The translations under genes were made by a program, and so were the position numbers. Source: Clostridiaceae bacterium (GTDB lineage: Bacteria > Bacillota > Clostridia > Saccharofermentanales > DTU023). Taken from it: a DNA stretch of 58,620 bases. Shown here one piece after another: positions 35,829 to 46,900 of the stretch; within the stretch, counting starts at the first letter, position 1, and every line of letters starts with the position of its first letter. Where the stretch lies: the NCBI GenBank assembly GCA_012799825.1, contig JAAZKK010000082.1:1-58620 (forward strand), given 5' to 3'. The notes beneath the pieces are model-generated. The model did no database searches. It was not told the DNA's origin and worked only from the letters and a program-made list of their open reading frames with translations.

Positions 35829-37253
35829 TTAAGAGCTGACGGTTCGTATGACATCGAGTTCATCGCCATCTCGATCATTGACACGCGCCACGACGCGCCC
35901 TTCGTTTTTCAGAAGTCGCGGTCTCCCTGTCAGAAGTTCGGCCTTCTCTTTAAGCTCTTCAATCGAGAAAACCGGAAGTCCGGCATCCACAAGACGATCG
36001 TGCAAGTCAGGTCGCCTTGGATTGCATGCCATGCCGAATTGTGTTACGAGCAGGTCAATCGTATCTCCCGGCGTGGAGAGGGTTTGCGGGCGATCCACGA
36101 TAAGGGGTAGACGCGCGCGCACGAGCGGCGCCGCAATGACGGCAAGCGACGCGCCGGCTGCTGTATCGCTGTGACCGCCCGAACCGCCCATAATCATGCC
36201 GTTCGAGTCGGTGTGAACGTTAACGCTAAAATCAGTTCCCACTTCTGTCGCACCCAATATCACCGCATCGAGACGATCGACGACGGCACTTTTTGCCTCA
36301 GGACTCGCGTACCGTGAAGCGCTGATCTCGACATGACGCGGATTTTGGCGAATCGACACCACGGCTTCCCGATCGAAGCATTGAACGTCGGCAAGCGATG
36401 TGAAAAGGCCTTCATTCAGAAGATCGACCAAGAGACCTGTAATCCCGCCTGAAGCAAAACTTCCTGTAACACCGCGCTTCCTCATGCGCTCCCCGATGTA
36501 CGCCGCAGCTGCAAGCGACGTGCCGCCTGCACCTGTCTGAAAAGAAAAGCCGTTTTCAATGAGTCCCGAGGCCTCGATCGCCCTCGCCGTGTAATCGGCG
36601 ATCAGCAAGCCGATGGGATCACGTGTGATGCGTGTGGTGCCGGACATAATGCGGTCGGGATCGCCTATGGAATCACATACGACGACAGCATCGACAAGGT
36701 TTTCAGGTATGGACACGTCCGTCAACGGGTAAGGCATGAGGTTATCTGTGACGACGACGACATAATCGGCGTGTTCGGCGTCGCTCATGGCATAACCGAT
36801 CGAACCGAAAGCTGACGACCCTTCTTTGCCGTTGCAGTTCCCTTCCGCGTCGGCAGCTGACGCCGCGATAAACGCGACATTGATATGTGACGTACCGTTT
36901 TCTAACGCGGCAGGACGTCCGCCGTGCGTGCGAAAAAGAACCGGCTGCTCCAGAATCCCTTGAGATACCGCATGGCCAACGGCGGCATGCATGAAATTGC
37001 ATTCTATTCCGGTGACGACACCCTCACGGATCGCCTCCAACAAGGGAGTATGGCACGCCATGATGGCGGACGCGTTCACCGTGAGATCTGAAAAACCGAG
37101 CGCGGCGCATGCACGAACAACGTCATTGAGAACGTAATCACCCGCCCGCAAGTGGTGATGAAACGAAATGGTCATCCCATTTTTCAAAGAAGACGCACGA
37201 ATCGCATCCTCGAGTGTCGGCATAACTTTACCTGTTCGGTGTTTCGGTTTCAC
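35829..37253 (-). CDS. citF: citrate-lyase alpha-subunit-like CoA-transferase (probable citramalate lyase alpha)
   Basis: CitF-like sequence in a citD-citE-citF gene order. Its GTG start overlaps the citE-like stop (GTGA). Confidence 0.75.
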   Translation of the reverse strand: MKPKHRTGKVMPTLEDAIRASSLKNGMTISFHHHLRAGDYVLNDVVRACAALGFSDLTVNASAIMACHTPLLEAIREGVVTGIECNFMHAAVGHAVSQGILEQPVLFRTHGGRPAALENGTSHINVAFIAASAADAEGNCNGKEGSSAFGSIGYAMSDAEHADYVVVVTDNLMPYPLTDVSIPENLVDAVVVCDSIGDPDRIMSGTTRITRDPIGLLIADYTARAIEASGLIENGFSFQTGAGGTSLAAAAYIGERMRKRGVTGSFASGGITGLLVDLLNEGLFTSLADVQCFDREAVVSIRQNPRHVEISASRYASPEAKSAVVDRLDAVILGATEVGTDFSVNVHTDSNGMIMGGSGGHSDTAAGASLAVIAAPLVRARLPLIVDRPQTLSTPGDTIDLLVTQFGMACNPRRPDLHDRLVDAGLPVFSIEELKEKAELLTGRPRLLKNEGRVVARVNDRDGDELDVIRTVSS

Positions 37254-38158
37254 TCTTCTCCATCTCCTTTCGCGGGTGCTCTGCGCTTTGTGCCCAACAT
37301 GCCGGATGCCTCGGCAAGTTCAATCGTCCGTTTAGCTTGTGTCAATACAGGCAAATCGATCATTTTTCCTCTGAGAGAAACGGCGCCACGCCCTTCCTCC
37401 TTGCCTCGCCGCATCGCCTCTACCACCTCCAACGCGTAGGCGACTTCACTCTCGTCCGGTCGAAACGCTCGATGAACAGGTTCGAGATGGTGCGGCGATA
37501 TGACAAGTTTGCCGTTGAAACCGAGACTACGCGCATAACAGGCGTCTTTGTAACAGCCTTCCGCATCGCGTGCATCGGTAAACGGCGTGTCGATAACATC
37601 CAGACCGCATGCGCGACCGGCCATGACGAGCTTTGCGCGCGCATAATACAACTCATGTGAAGCCTTCGTTCTGCGACAGCCCAGATCGGCAGCGAGATCT
37701 TCGCCACCTAGCGCCAGTGCGCTAACACGCGACGAAGCGGAGGCTGCTTCCAGCGCTTTTTCGATGCCCATAGCCGTTTCAATTAGAAGAATTAAACTGA
37801 CACTTCCATGGGATAAACCGGCCTTTTCTTCAGCTTCATCCAAAATAGACGCCGCCTTCAGAACCGTTGTCGCGCCTACAGTCTTCGGCACCATTACAGC
37901 ATCTGCTCCTGCCTCTGTTACACGGATAATGTCGAGGCGCGCGTGCGGCGTTTCCATGTCATTAACTCGGACAACGATCTCACGCATTCCGAAATCGAGT
38001 GTAAGAAGCGCCTGGCTGACAAGTTCGCGCGCCGCATCCTTTTCGTTCTCGGAAACGGCATCTTCCAAGTCAAAGATCAGGACATCACATGCGAGTACCA
38101 TTCCGTTTTGCAACATACTCGGTTGGTTCCCGGGCAAAAAAAGGCATGAGCGTCTCAT
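37250..38158 (-). CDS. citE: citrate-lyase beta-subunit-like (citryl-/citramalyl-CoA lyase, HpcH/CitE family)
   Basis: N-terminal RRSCLFLPGN and the DLEDAV motif. The ATG at 38158 is preceded by AGGAGG at 6 nt. The ORF extension to 38263 is unlikely to be translated. Confidence 0.8.
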   Translation of the reverse strand: MRRSCLFLPGNQPSMLQNGMVLACDVLIFDLEDAVSENEKDAARELVSQALLTLDFGMREIVVRVNDMETPHARLDIIRVTEAGADAVMVPKTVGATTVLKAASILDEAEEKAGLSHGSVSLILLIETAMGIEKALEAASASSRVSALALGGEDLAADLGCRRTKASHELYYARAKLVMAGRACGLDVIDTPFTDARDAEGCYKDACYARSLGFNGKLVISPHHLEPVHRAFRPDESEVAYALEVVEAMRRGKEEGRGAVSLRGKMIDLPVLTQAKRTIELAEASGMLGTKRRAPAKGDGEE

Positions 38159-38315
38159 CGCATTCCTCCTCATTGTGTAGTTCCCGAAGCAAAGAAGATG
38201 CTCCTTTTTCGCTTCAGATTGCGTATCGAACGCTTCGTTCTCGGGGCGACAGCGTATCGTCAAGTTGAGTTCATCGTCCCTTTTTTCTTGAGCTATCCCG
38301 CTTTATCGATCAGCC

Positions 38316-38606
38316 TTATAAAGATCCTGCGACATCGGCGTCATAATCCTGTAAGGCGCGATGGATGGCTGTGTGAAGGCGCGCGCGAAGCGTACAATCT
38401 AATGCTCCTTGGTCGGCAAGATGAACAGCGCCTTCATAGATTCCCATCGATTCAAGGACATCACGCGCGGAACGCTCCATTGCGTCACCGAACTGGCGCG
38501 CCACCGGCGATTCTATCTCAATCATCAGCGTATCCGACGGCTTGACCGTCACGAGTACATCGCCGGATTCAAGCGTCCCGGCCTGCGCCTTCTTCAGGAT
38601 CTTCAT
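38316..38606 (-). CDS. citD: citrate-lyase gamma-subunit-like acyl carrier protein
   Basis: ~96 aa. AGTLESGDVLVTV carries the prosthetic-group serine context. GAAGGAG Shine-Dalgarno sequence 6 nt before the ATG at 38606. Confidence 0.8.
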   Translation of the reverse strand: MKILKKAQAGTLESGDVLVTVKPSDTLMIEIESPVARQFGDAMERSARDVLESMGIYEGAVHLADQGALDCTLRARLHTAIHRALQDYDADVAGSL

Positions 38607-38801
38607 CTTCCGCTCCTTCTCTTTGTCAGCCGTCTGCTCCATCTCTGTAATATTGACATTGACGCATCATCGACTTCACGACAGTGGCGACCTTTTCTCA
38701 TACAATTCTGCGGCATTTCTTCAAACGTCGTGTTTTTGTCTTACAGAAAATATGCGACGAACCTGCCGACTGTGCCAAAATTGCGGTCATCTGATATCTT
38801 C

Positions 38802-40043
38802 TTATTTTGCGGCACGAAGTGCGAGTATTCTTTCCATTTCATTGCGTGCGATCATGATGGCCTCATCGACGCCCATGCCGGGTTTGGCAAGGATCTGCGC
38901 AGGATGCATCGCCATCGCGACGTGCACACACACGTGCGCTGAGCGGTCCGTTTCGTTGCATGTGCCACCTTGGTAAGCTCCGACACCGTGGTCGAGGCAA
39001 TATCGCAACGCCTCCGCCGTCTTGTGGAGGCTTCCGAGATCCGGTGTCTTGACCTGAATCATGTGACCTGCGCCCGCATCTACGAAATCGCGCACATCAT
39101 TGGCCGTATTGCACCACTCATCGGCAACCAACTCGACAGGGATCTCTCGCTTATCCACTTCACGTGTCAGTGCAGAAAGCCACTTAAGCTGCAGATCTCG
39201 CGTTCCGGCGTCAATCGGTCCTTCAACACGCAACTTAAAAGGATCGGCGAGCTTAGCCAGCCTCGATAGATAATTTGTGATCGATTCGATGTTGTCGTAA
39301 CCGAAACACTGGCCTATTGTGCCGTATACATCGAGTTGAATAATTGGCTGATAGTCTTCACAACGTCTATAATTTTGTATACGTTGGCGCAGCCAATCGA
39401 CGTATTCAGCCAACGTATCGCCGTTGGGACCGAGCTTTTCCAGATTGTTGATCAGCGCATGCGGCAGGACATCTACCTCTTTCAGAATCATTTTGTCGAC
39501 ATTAAGGTGTCGCGCATCACCGGATTGAGCAAAAATCGGAATCGCACGATCACTGACTGTGGTTCCAAACTCATCTGCGACGACTTCACACATCAACTTG
39601 CGTTGACTTAGCGCGACGGCGTCAAGCACGGCCTGGGAGAGACCGTAGCGTATGGCGGAATGAAGCTTTCTTCCGTCATGATCACGAAAGTCTTCGAAAG
39701 CTTCCATCGTTTCTCTAAAGGATGTCAACGTCTGCCCCACCAACTTCGGCGCAACATCGTTCTCGATAATCGGAATAAAATCTTTGGCAAGAAAGAGCGG
39801 ATCACGGCCACCCGCTCCTGAATATTGAACCGCTGCGGCATCGCCCCACGCGACCTGCCCGTCGTCGAGGACGAGCATAATCGAAATAGATTCCCCCGCC
39901 TGCCGAATCTGATCAAATCCTAGCGTTTTTGTTTCTCCCGTGTAAAACATCCCGTCGCTTCCGGCTCCCGCCTTAATAGCGGACTGATCGTCAAAATAAA
40001 ATCCTGTAACGCCCGGAGCACAAACAACTTTTTTGATTTTCAT
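38802..40043 (-). CDS. mal: 3-methylaspartate ammonia-lyase
   Basis: 413 aa. The N-terminus MKIKKVVCAPGVTGFYFDDQSAIKAGA closely parallels clostridial methylaspartase. Enolase-superfamily C-terminus. Confidence 0.9.
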   Translation of the reverse strand: MKIKKVVCAPGVTGFYFDDQSAIKAGAGSDGMFYTGETKTLGFDQIRQAGESISIMLVLDDGQVAWGDAAAVQYSGAGGRDPLFLAKDFIPIIENDVAPKLVGQTLTSFRETMEAFEDFRDHDGRKLHSAIRYGLSQAVLDAVALSQRKLMCEVVADEFGTTVSDRAIPIFAQSGDARHLNVDKMILKEVDVLPHALINNLEKLGPNGDTLAEYVDWLRQRIQNYRRCEDYQPIIQLDVYGTIGQCFGYDNIESITNYLSRLAKLADPFKLRVEGPIDAGTRDLQLKWLSALTREVDKREIPVELVADEWCNTANDVRDFVDAGAGHMIQVKTPDLGSLHKTAEALRYCLDHGVGAYQGGTCNETDRSAHVCVHVAMAMHPAQILAKPGMGVDEAIMIARNEMERILALRAAK

Positions 40044-40065
40044 AATTTATAACCTCTCTTTTATT

Positions 40066-41523
40066 TTATTCATTTCGAGGGCGCCCAACCAAGCGACCCT
40101 TACTAATAGCATAAACATCATCGATGACCATTTGGAAAGACGCCTCGCGCTTCTCATATTTAGCACGAGCTTCCATCTTTTGTTGATGGAACTCAAGCAA
40201 TTCGGTCGTCAGAGGGACATTGCCAGGATGAAACAGACGAATAGCGCCATCGTTGTCGCGGGCTGGCAACATCTTGCCGGCGTTGTATCGACTTGGTGCA
40301 AAGGGAATGTCGAGGACGCCCGATCTGATCGCCAGAATGGCTCCGCGTGCAATGTCGCCCTTTCCGAGCTCGAAACACTTGTCCAACACACATCGCGTCT
40401 CCGAGGCGATGATGACTTTTTCGTCTTGCAAACTGTACGTGTCAAGGCTCTGTTCACCCAACATATTGATCATCTGTTTCGTGCAAAGAAGTCCTGACGC
40501 ATTGGCCTCTTTTGTAGGAACGCCGAATGCTTCATGGGGTGTCTTTACGATAACTTTTGTCGTGTGCGACAATGCCGCTACAGCACTCCCCCACCCGATA
40601 ACGGCATACGCCTTAGCTTCATCTTGCGGGAAGCCTCCCATCCATTGATGCAAGACGGTTGTGACATTGACATCGCCGTATCCGTATTTCCTCAGGTATT
40701 CGTCCGTCAAACTCTGCAAAACTTGCATTGCCGCGACATCCTGCACAAGGTGACCGCATTGTCCATACCCGACAGTGATATTCTTGACACCTTGTTCCGC
40801 CGCCAGCAGGCTTTCAATGATGGCAACCGTAATTCCAATAAAAGGCGGCACGAGGGTGCCGGTCAAAGGACCGAACGGCTCGCGATTGATCGGACAGCCG
40901 GCTTCCTCATACAATCCTGTCAGACGATCTACATATTGCCAATCGCTTATCGTCCGTTCCAGCGAAACGTTTTTCGCGTAAGGGATATTATAAGAGATTC
41001 CTCCGCCTTCAAAACTTGTGAAACCGCCGGCGTAAGTTATTTCCGCCAAAAGCCGTGCGTCCGGCGTGCCATGGCGAATTTGAAGTGGCCTTTCCAGCGA
41101 ATCGATCAGCAATCTGCAACTTCGAACCCCATGATTGACAGCCGGAAATCCATTTAGCATGTTTTTCTGCGTACGAACCGACTCCTCAATGCCGACCTCC
41201 GCCTCATGGTAACGGTTCTGTCGCGTATAGCTGTCGATCGTCGTCGGCAAAAGATCGGCCTCGCCTTCATTTTGAAGGTAGGTCAAAAGATCGATCATAT
41301 CCTGCACAAGAGGTACGCCTGCGCGCGGCTGAACCAGTGTTATTTGCTTTCTTTTTGCATCGTTGAGCGCGTTGCTGAACACTTTCGACGGTTTTTGCCC
41401 CTGATGGTATTCAAACGCGTCTTCCAGATTGACATCCTTTCCGGTTGGCCACTGCGTAAGCACTTCCCGACGCCTGCGTTCAAAATCATCACGCGTCCAT
41501 TTCACATTGCGGACTTCGTCCAT
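40066..41523 (-). CDS. glmE: glutamate mutase epsilon (catalytic) subunit
   Basis: 485 aa. The N-terminus [24 protein letters not shown] parallels clostridial GlmE/MutE. Confidence 0.9.
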   Translation of the reverse strand: MDEVRNVKWTRDDFERRRREVLTQWPTGKDVNLEDAFEYHQGQKPSKVFSNALNDAKRKQITLVQPRAGVPLVQDMIDLLTYLQNEGEADLLPTTIDSYTRQNRYHEAEVGIEESVRTQKNMLNGFPAVNHGVRSCRLLIDSLERPLQIRHGTPDARLLAEITYAGGFTSFEGGGISYNIPYAKNVSLERTISDWQYVDRLTGLYEEAGCPINREPFGPLTGTLVPPFIGITVAIIESLLAAEQGVKNITVGYGQCGHLVQDVAAMQVLQSLTDEYLRKYGYGDVNVTTVLHQWMGGFPQDEAKAYAVIGWGSAVAALSHTTKVIVKTPHEAFGVPTKEANASGLLCTKQMINMLGEQSLDTYSLQDEKVIIASETRCVLDKCFELGKGDIARGAILAIRSGVLDIPFAPSRYNAGKMLPARDNDGAIRLFHPGNVPLTTELLEFHQQKMEARAKYEKREASFQMVIDDVYAISKGRLVGRPRNE

Positions 41524-41584
41524 TTTTCCATCCTCCGATCGCCCATTTAAGGTAAATGTTTAAAATGTACGTGTATACTTCTTT

Positions 41585-43012
41585 TTAAGCTTTAAGCGCG
41601 GACATGCGCGCTGCACTCATACCCAAAGACTTCAGCTCTCTTTTCATCAGGCGCAGCGCAATGTCACTCTCCCGTTCGGCGAGCACGCCCATCGCAGCGA
41701 GAATGTAGTTTTCATCAAGCCATATTTCGGCTTCCAACGGGCGCAAGGACAGCGGGCTTTCCTCTGAATAAAGCGCGTGTTCGGCAATGGACTTCGGATC
41801 AGACGCATGAATGACCGATCCGCCTGTAAGTAAAATATGACGAATGGCGCGCAAGTCTTTGCCGGTCTGGACGTACACGATGCCGGACGTCGTATACGCT
41901 TCTTCTAAAGTACCGGCGTGACGTGTCGTCGCGATATCGACAGCGCTCGATGCAAGTGCCAGATCAAGCAGGACCGAGTTCGGATCGTCCGCCGTCGGCA
42001 CATAGGCTTTGTCATCGGCGATATTTGCCAAATAATGACGGACGTCGTCTTCACTCACACCGGCTTTTGCAGCAAGGTTTTCCGTACCAACGACGTCATT
42101 AATACCCGATGCGCTATAGCGCATACCAATGTCGCCTTCGACTGTTCGCTTGGCGTACGGTTCCTCTAAACCTTTTAATACGACACTGACATCAGTAGGA
42201 TGACCTTCAGCAATGGAATACACATCGGTTGTCGCCCCGCCCACATCAACGGCAAACAGCTCGCCAATGCCTGCCTCGCGCTCCGTACCTGTCGCAAGGA
42301 GCTTCACCGCGGAAAGTACGGCAGAAGGCGTCGGCATCAGAATTCCTGAAAGCAGGCTCGTTGCCTTCGTCATCCCGCGCGCCCGAATAATATGCGTCAG
42401 AAACAATGAGCGGATCGCCCGTTGAACCGGCTCGACGTTCAACTTGTTAAAACGAGGCATGACGTTCGGGCAGACCGTCACTTCAAAGTCTCGAAGGAGA
42501 TCTTCACAGTCATCGGAGGCGTCGCGATTGCCGGCAATAATAACCGGAAAACGTACGCTTAAGCGAGCAAGCGCTGACGCATTATCCGTGATAACCGCCC
42601 GATTTCCTCCATCTGTGCCTCCAGTCAAAAGTAAAATATCGGGCGGATTTGCCTCGATAAGAGCCAAATCCCGTCGGCCGAGACGGTGTGTGAAGATCCG
42701 CGTAATCTTCGCTCCGGCGCCTAGAGCTGCCAAGCGACCTGCTTCAGCCGTCAACTCTGGCACCAAGCCGGAGACCATCATACGCAAACCGCCCGCCGCC
42801 GAAGAACAGGCAAGGCGGTACTCGTACGAAAGAGCGCCCGTCTTCTGTTCCAGCTGCTTTATCGCCAGTGCAAGGCCATCGCCGATGTCGTGATCGACCG
42901 TCGTAAAAGCAGAAGCGTGACCGAGCAGCACTTCTTCATCGAGATCGACGGCTGTCACTTTCGTAAACGTGCTGCCAAAATCAATCAGTAGTACGGGACG
43001 CACCTTCTTCAA
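41585..43012 (-). CDS. glmL: glutamate mutase-associated chaperone/reactivase (MutL/GlmL)
   Basis: 475 aa. ASKHA-type [13 protein letters not shown]-terminus. Positioned between glmS and glmE. Confidence 0.85.
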   Translation of the reverse strand: MKKVRPVLLIDFGSTFTKVTAVDLDEEVLLGHASAFTTVDHDIGDGLALAIKQLEQKTGALSYEYRLACSSAAGGLRMMVSGLVPELTAEAGRLAALGAGAKITRIFTHRLGRRDLALIEANPPDILLLTGGTDGGNRAVITDNASALARLSVRFPVIIAGNRDASDDCEDLLRDFEVTVCPNVMPRFNKLNVEPVQRAIRSLFLTHIIRARGMTKATSLLSGILMPTPSAVLSAVKLLATGTEREAGIGELFAVDVGGATTDVYSIAEGHPTDVSVVLKGLEEPYAKRTVEGDIGMRYSASGINDVVGTENLAAKAGVSEDDVRHYLANIADDKAYVPTADDPNSVLLDLALASSAVDIATTRHAGTLEEAYTTSGIVYVQTGKDLRAIRHILLTGGSVIHASDPKSIAEHALYSEESPLSLRPLEAEIWLDENYILAAMGVLAERESDIALRLMKRELKSLGMSAARMSALKA

Positions 43013-43427
43013 CCCCGAGATCTTTCTTCAACCAATAGATCGTTGTCTCCGGCGGTGTGCCCGGCGGAAACACGCGATTAAAGCCCATCGCATGAAATCG
43101 TTTCTCGACATCGGAAAACTCCTGTTTGCCGACAACGATGTTGCCACCGACGTAGAGAAGAATGCCTTCGAGACCCGCCTCATCACACTTATCGCGCAAA
43201 CCGCGGCAGTCCAACTCGCCATGGCCATAAAGTGAAGAGACAACGATCGCGTCAGCATTCGTTTCAATCGCGGCTCCGATGTACTCCTCCTGCGAAACCA
43301 TCACTCCGAGGTTTGTGACATCGAATCCGGCATCTGTGAAGGCATAATCAAGTATTCGGATGCCGACAGCATGTACATCGGCGCCGATGACACCGATGAC
43401 CAGTTTTTTCCTATTTGATTCCTGCAT
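42981..43427 (-). CDS. glmS: glutamate mutase sigma (B12-binding) subunit
   Basis: B12-binding DxHxxG (GADVHAVG) and [18 protein letters not shown]. The ATG at 43427 is preceded by GAGGA. Confidence 0.9.
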   Translation of the reverse strand: MQESNRKKLVIGVIGADVHAVGIRILDYAFTDAGFDVTNLGVMVSQEEYIGAAIETNADAIVVSSLYGHGELDCRGLRDKCDEAGLEGILLYVGGNIVVGKQEFSDVEKRFHAMGFNRVFPPGTPPETTIYWLKKDLGVEEGASRTTD

Positions 43428-43653
43428 GTTGATCCTCACGTTCTTTTTGACGCTTTCCCCGCCATTTTTATATCATTCATGTATTTTTGAGTTTCTTTTC
43501 TATGAGCTTATATGCACCTCCATGCGCTTAATTTTTTGCATTTTATTGTATCCGCACCGGTGAAACATATTCTCAATCATCTAAATACATGTCACCATTT
43601 GAAGAATGAAAAACTCAAAGTGCGCGAAGTCAACGTACCCGCGCGTCGATCTC

Positions 43654-44682
43654 TCATTCCGATCGCCTGACGTCACGGAGCTCTTTGTATCGCTTCTCTA
43701 CGGCACGGCGCACGTAGAGCGTCGACCCTTCATCACACTCAAAACGGGTGCGGACGACACGTCCGCCCAAAAGCGACCATTCGCGCACAAGCTTCATCAC
43801 AGAAGGCTGAGCAAAATCTGACACCTCAGGCGCGAGCATAAGCCAGTCCTGCTGCTTAATAAAATCTTCAATTCCGTTCTGCTCACGCAAATGTATTCCG
43901 GTTATCAAACACGATTCGGGAAAATACGGAAGAAGCGCCTGCTTCATCAGAAAGAGAAATCCCTCGCTTACCGTCATAAAGCCAACGCGTTCACCCGCTT
44001 TTACCGAAAGGCACGCGGCCATTGCTCCCCCATCCGGTTGCAAAGCAACAGGAAGAATCATTTCTTCGTCCTGTGCGAGAAGCGACAGTTCACGATATAG
44101 CTCATTTGGAGCAACGAGAAAATCATAACCGGAATTCAGGCGATCCGGACTTGCGAGCACATCTTCGTATGACATCCAAAAGCGCATCGTCATCGAAAGG
44201 CTTTCCAATGCGCGATCCATCACCGAACGCTCTTCCGGTGTTGAGGCTATGAGAGCAAGCCTGACAGGGCGTCGTTCATCCTCTTTTTGTCGAAGTCGGA
44301 GCTCAAAAAAGATTTGCGCCTCACGCATTGAAAAGCCGAGTTCTGTCATCTCCGAAAGCATATCGTCAATCGCTTTCAGCGCGCGTGTTTTTCTACTTTT
44401 CATCGGCTCATCCGCCAAAGTACCCGCCACAAAAGTTCCTTGACCGCGTCGTGAAACGATGACACCATCGCGATTGAGCAAAGAGTATACGTGGCGGATC
44501 GTACCCACAGAAACGCCATACTGCTCCGCCATCTTGCGAATGGACGGCAGCCTTGTGTGTTCAGGAAGCTTGCCGGATCCGATATCGGCCTGAATCGCCT
44601 CCGCGATCAGTTGATAGATCGGTCGATTCTCAACACTGTTACGAGTATTTAAGACATTGTCCTTCACGGCGTCTTCCGGCAT
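43654..44682 (-). CDS. GntR-family transcriptional regulator with a large C-terminal effector domain
   Basis: The winged-helix segment LPSIRKMAEQYGVSVGTIRHVYSLLNRDGVIVSRRGQGTFV is a typical GntR N-terminal domain. Confidence 0.8.
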   Translation of the reverse strand: MPEDAVKDNVLNTRNSVENRPIYQLIAEAIQADIGSGKLPEHTRLPSIRKMAEQYGVSVGTIRHVYSLLNRDGVIVSRRGQGTFVAGTLADEPMKSRKTRALKAIDDMLSEMTELGFSMREAQIFFELRLRQKEDERRPVRLALIASTPEERSVMDRALESLSMTMRFWMSYEDVLASPDRLNSGYDFLVAPNELYRELSLLAQDEEMILPVALQPDGGAMAACLSVKAGERVGFMTVSEGFLFLMKQALLPYFPESCLITGIHLREQNGIEDFIKQQDWLMLAPEVSDFAQPSVMKLVREWSLLGGRVVRTRFECDEGSTLYVRRAVEKRYKELRDVRRSE

Positions 44683-44689
44683 CTTTCAT

Positions 44690-45292
44690 TCACTTTCCCG
44701 CGATAATATCGTCTGCATCAACGTCGTGCATCACGCGCCAACCGGCAGGACCTTCTTCATAAAGGTCGCTACCATCCGTATCGATGGCAACCGTCACAGG
44801 AAAGTCGCGCACGCGTATCAAACGAAGCGCTTCCGTTCCGAGATCCTCCCAACAGATAACCTCCGACGATTCTATAGAATGTGAAAGCAGCGCGCCCGCT
44901 CCGCCCGTAGCGGCAAAATATACACATCCATAACGCCTCATCGCATTGATCACCTCCGGACTGCGACGTCCTTTGCCGATCATGCCGCCAAGCCCGCGGG
45001 AGATCAGCGCCGGCGCGTATGGATCCATGCGGTAAGATGTCGTCGGCCCGGCAGATCCCATCGCATATCCCGGAAGCGGCGGCGTCGGCCCTACATAAAA
45101 AATGACGGCGCCTTCTAAAGGAAAAGGCGATTCCTCACCGCGTTCTAAAAGCGCGACAAGACGTTGATGTCCGGCATCTCGAAGCGTGTACATCGGTCCT
45201 GTAAGGAGAACGCGCTCACCCATTCGAAAGCTTGTAGCCATCTCCTTTGTCAGCGGTAAAGTCACACGCCGTACCTCTTCGTTTCGATCCAT
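44690..45292 (-). CDS. class I Fe-S hydro-lyase beta subunit (fumarate hydratase/tartrate dehydratase type; probable mesaconase)
   Basis: GPTTSYRMD and YFAATGGAGAL motifs. The ATG at 45292 shares one base with the alpha-subunit TAA and is preceded by AGGAGG at 7 nt. Confidence 0.85.
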   Translation of the reverse strand: MDRNEEVRRVTLPLTKEMATSFRMGERVLLTGPMYTLRDAGHQRLVALLERGEESPFPLEGAVIFYVGPTPPLPGYAMGSAGPTTSYRMDPYAPALISRGLGGMIGKGRRSPEVINAMRRYGCVYFAATGGAGALLSHSIESSEVICWEDLGTEALRLIRVRDFPVTVAIDTDGSDLYEEGPAGWRVMHDVDADDIIAGK

Positions 45293-46134
45293 TACAACAC
45301 CTCCTGTCGATGACGTGTCGCATGGCAATTGAGATTACAGGCGACCGGCAATCCGGCAATATGCGTCGGCGCGACGTTCACAGCTAATGAAAGCGCTGTC
45401 GTTCGCCCGCCGAATCCTTGCGGTCCAATACCGAGTTGATTGATCTTTTCAAGTAGGGATTCTTCAAAATAAGCGTAAAACGGATCCGGGTGGCGTTCTC
45501 CAATAGGACGTGCAAGTGCCCGTTTGGCAAGCAACGCAACATGGTCGAACGTTCCGCCAATGCCTACCCCGACAACAAGCGGCGGACAGGCGTTAGGTCC
45601 GGCAAGTTTAACCGTTTCAAGGACAAACGCTTCTACACCTTCCAAGCCGTCTGCGGGGCGCAACATGGCAAGCCGGCTCATATTCTCGCTTCCAAAGCCT
45701 TTGGCTAAAAGCGTCACGGTCACGCGATCCCCGGGAACGATTCGAATCGTCGTGATAGCAGGCGTATTGTCACCGGTATTGACACGTCTTAGCGGATCTC
45801 CCACCACCGACATGCGCAAAAAGTATTTCTTGTAGCCGCGCCGAATGCCTTCATTGATCGCTTCGTAAGGGTCACCGGAAAAATGCACATCTCGTCCGAC
45901 ATCGAGAAAAACAACAGCCATTCCCGTATCCTGGCATAATGGAATGCGTTCTCTTCGCGCGACACGCGCGTTCTCTAAAAGTTCGGAAAGGAGGGCACTC
46001 GCATGTTCGCCATCTTCAAGATCCAATGAAGATGCAATCGCCTGTTCAACGTCATAGGGAAGGTCACACGCGTTTTCGCCACACATGCGTTCGATCGAAT
46101 CAGTCAAACGCATTACATCAAATTCTCTGATCAT
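45292..46134 (-). CDS. class I Fe-S hydro-lyase alpha subunit (probable mesaconase)
   Basis: 280 aa. PLCQDTGMAVVFLDVG is the typical class I fumarase N-terminal domain motif. Confidence 0.85.
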   Translation of the reverse strand: MIREFDVMRLTDSIERMCGENACDLPYDVEQAIASSLDLEDGEHASALLSELLENARVARRERIPLCQDTGMAVVFLDVGRDVHFSGDPYEAINEGIRRGYKKYFLRMSVVGDPLRRVNTGDNTPAITTIRIVPGDRVTVTLLAKGFGSENMSRLAMLRPADGLEGVEAFVLETVKLAGPNACPPLVVGVGIGGTFDHVALLAKRALARPIGERHPDPFYAYFEESLLEKINQLGIGPQGFGGRTTALSLAVNVAPTHIAGLPVACNLNCHATRHRQEVL

Positions 46135-46361
46135 ATCGGCTCCTAAGAATCAATTGTGCATACACATTAACAGAAATTGTGCTGGCATGCAACTGTGCTA
46201 AAAATGTAAAATTTACGCTTCAAAAAATGGTCGAATTAGCGTATGATCAAGTCAGCAAGAAAATGTGCGAGCTTTTACCGACGGCAGGTTCTCGCCACAC
46301 GATCCTTATGGAAATCTAATAAATGATCAGCTAAAAAGATCATCTAAAAACGGAGGTTCAT

Positions 46362-46796
46362 ATGTTTGTTGATGCAGTCGTAGGAGAAAAAGGCACTGGC
46401 AAAACGCCGGTTATGTTAGAGATCTTGACACGCGAGGCCAAAAACGAACACGCGAACATGGTTTTTGTGGAGTCCGGCAAAAGCGCCAGTCATCACATCC
46501 CGCACTCCGTCCGATTCATCGACATCACAGAGTATTCCATTCAAGGCTACGATCAGTTGCTCGCGTTCATCGCGGGCATGAACGCAAAAGATTACGATAT
46601 CTCCCATATCTTCATCGACAGCGTCTTCAAAATTGCCGGTGACAAGGCATTAGAGGGTCTCCCTGACTTCATCTCTCGACTTGAAAAACTTGCGCGTCTT
46701 GTTGAAACGAACATCACTTTGAGCATCAGTTGCGCCATCGACGAATTACCTAAGCTTCCCGATTCCATTGAAATTCACGTGCCGCGAGCTAATTGA
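46362..46796 (+). CDS. hypothetical small protein (144 aa) with a Walker-A-like GEKGTGKT
   Basis: GGAGG Shine-Dalgarno sequence upstream of the ATG. Only the P-loop-like motif is recognisable. Confidence 0.55.
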   Translation: MFVDAVVGEKGTGKTPVMLEILTREAKNEHANMVFVESGKSASHHIPHSVRFIDITEYSIQGYDQLLAFIAGMNAKDYDISHIFIDSVFKIAGDKALEGLPDFISRLEKLARLVETNITLSISCAIDELPKLPDSIEIHVPRAN

Positions 46797-46900
46797 CGTC
46801 GCCATTCCGATCAAATGAGGCGGATCTCGCACGCAAATGTTTATGAGGTGCAATAAAACGCTGGTCTGAATATTCAAAACCAAAGGAGAATGATCCTACA

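Noticed and set aside
43428-43653. Cobalamin riboswitch upstream of the B12-dependent glutamate mutase genes
   Set aside because: No B12-box-like sequence is recognisable. The region looks like an AT-rich promoter, and regulation is more plausibly by the adjacent GntR-family gene.
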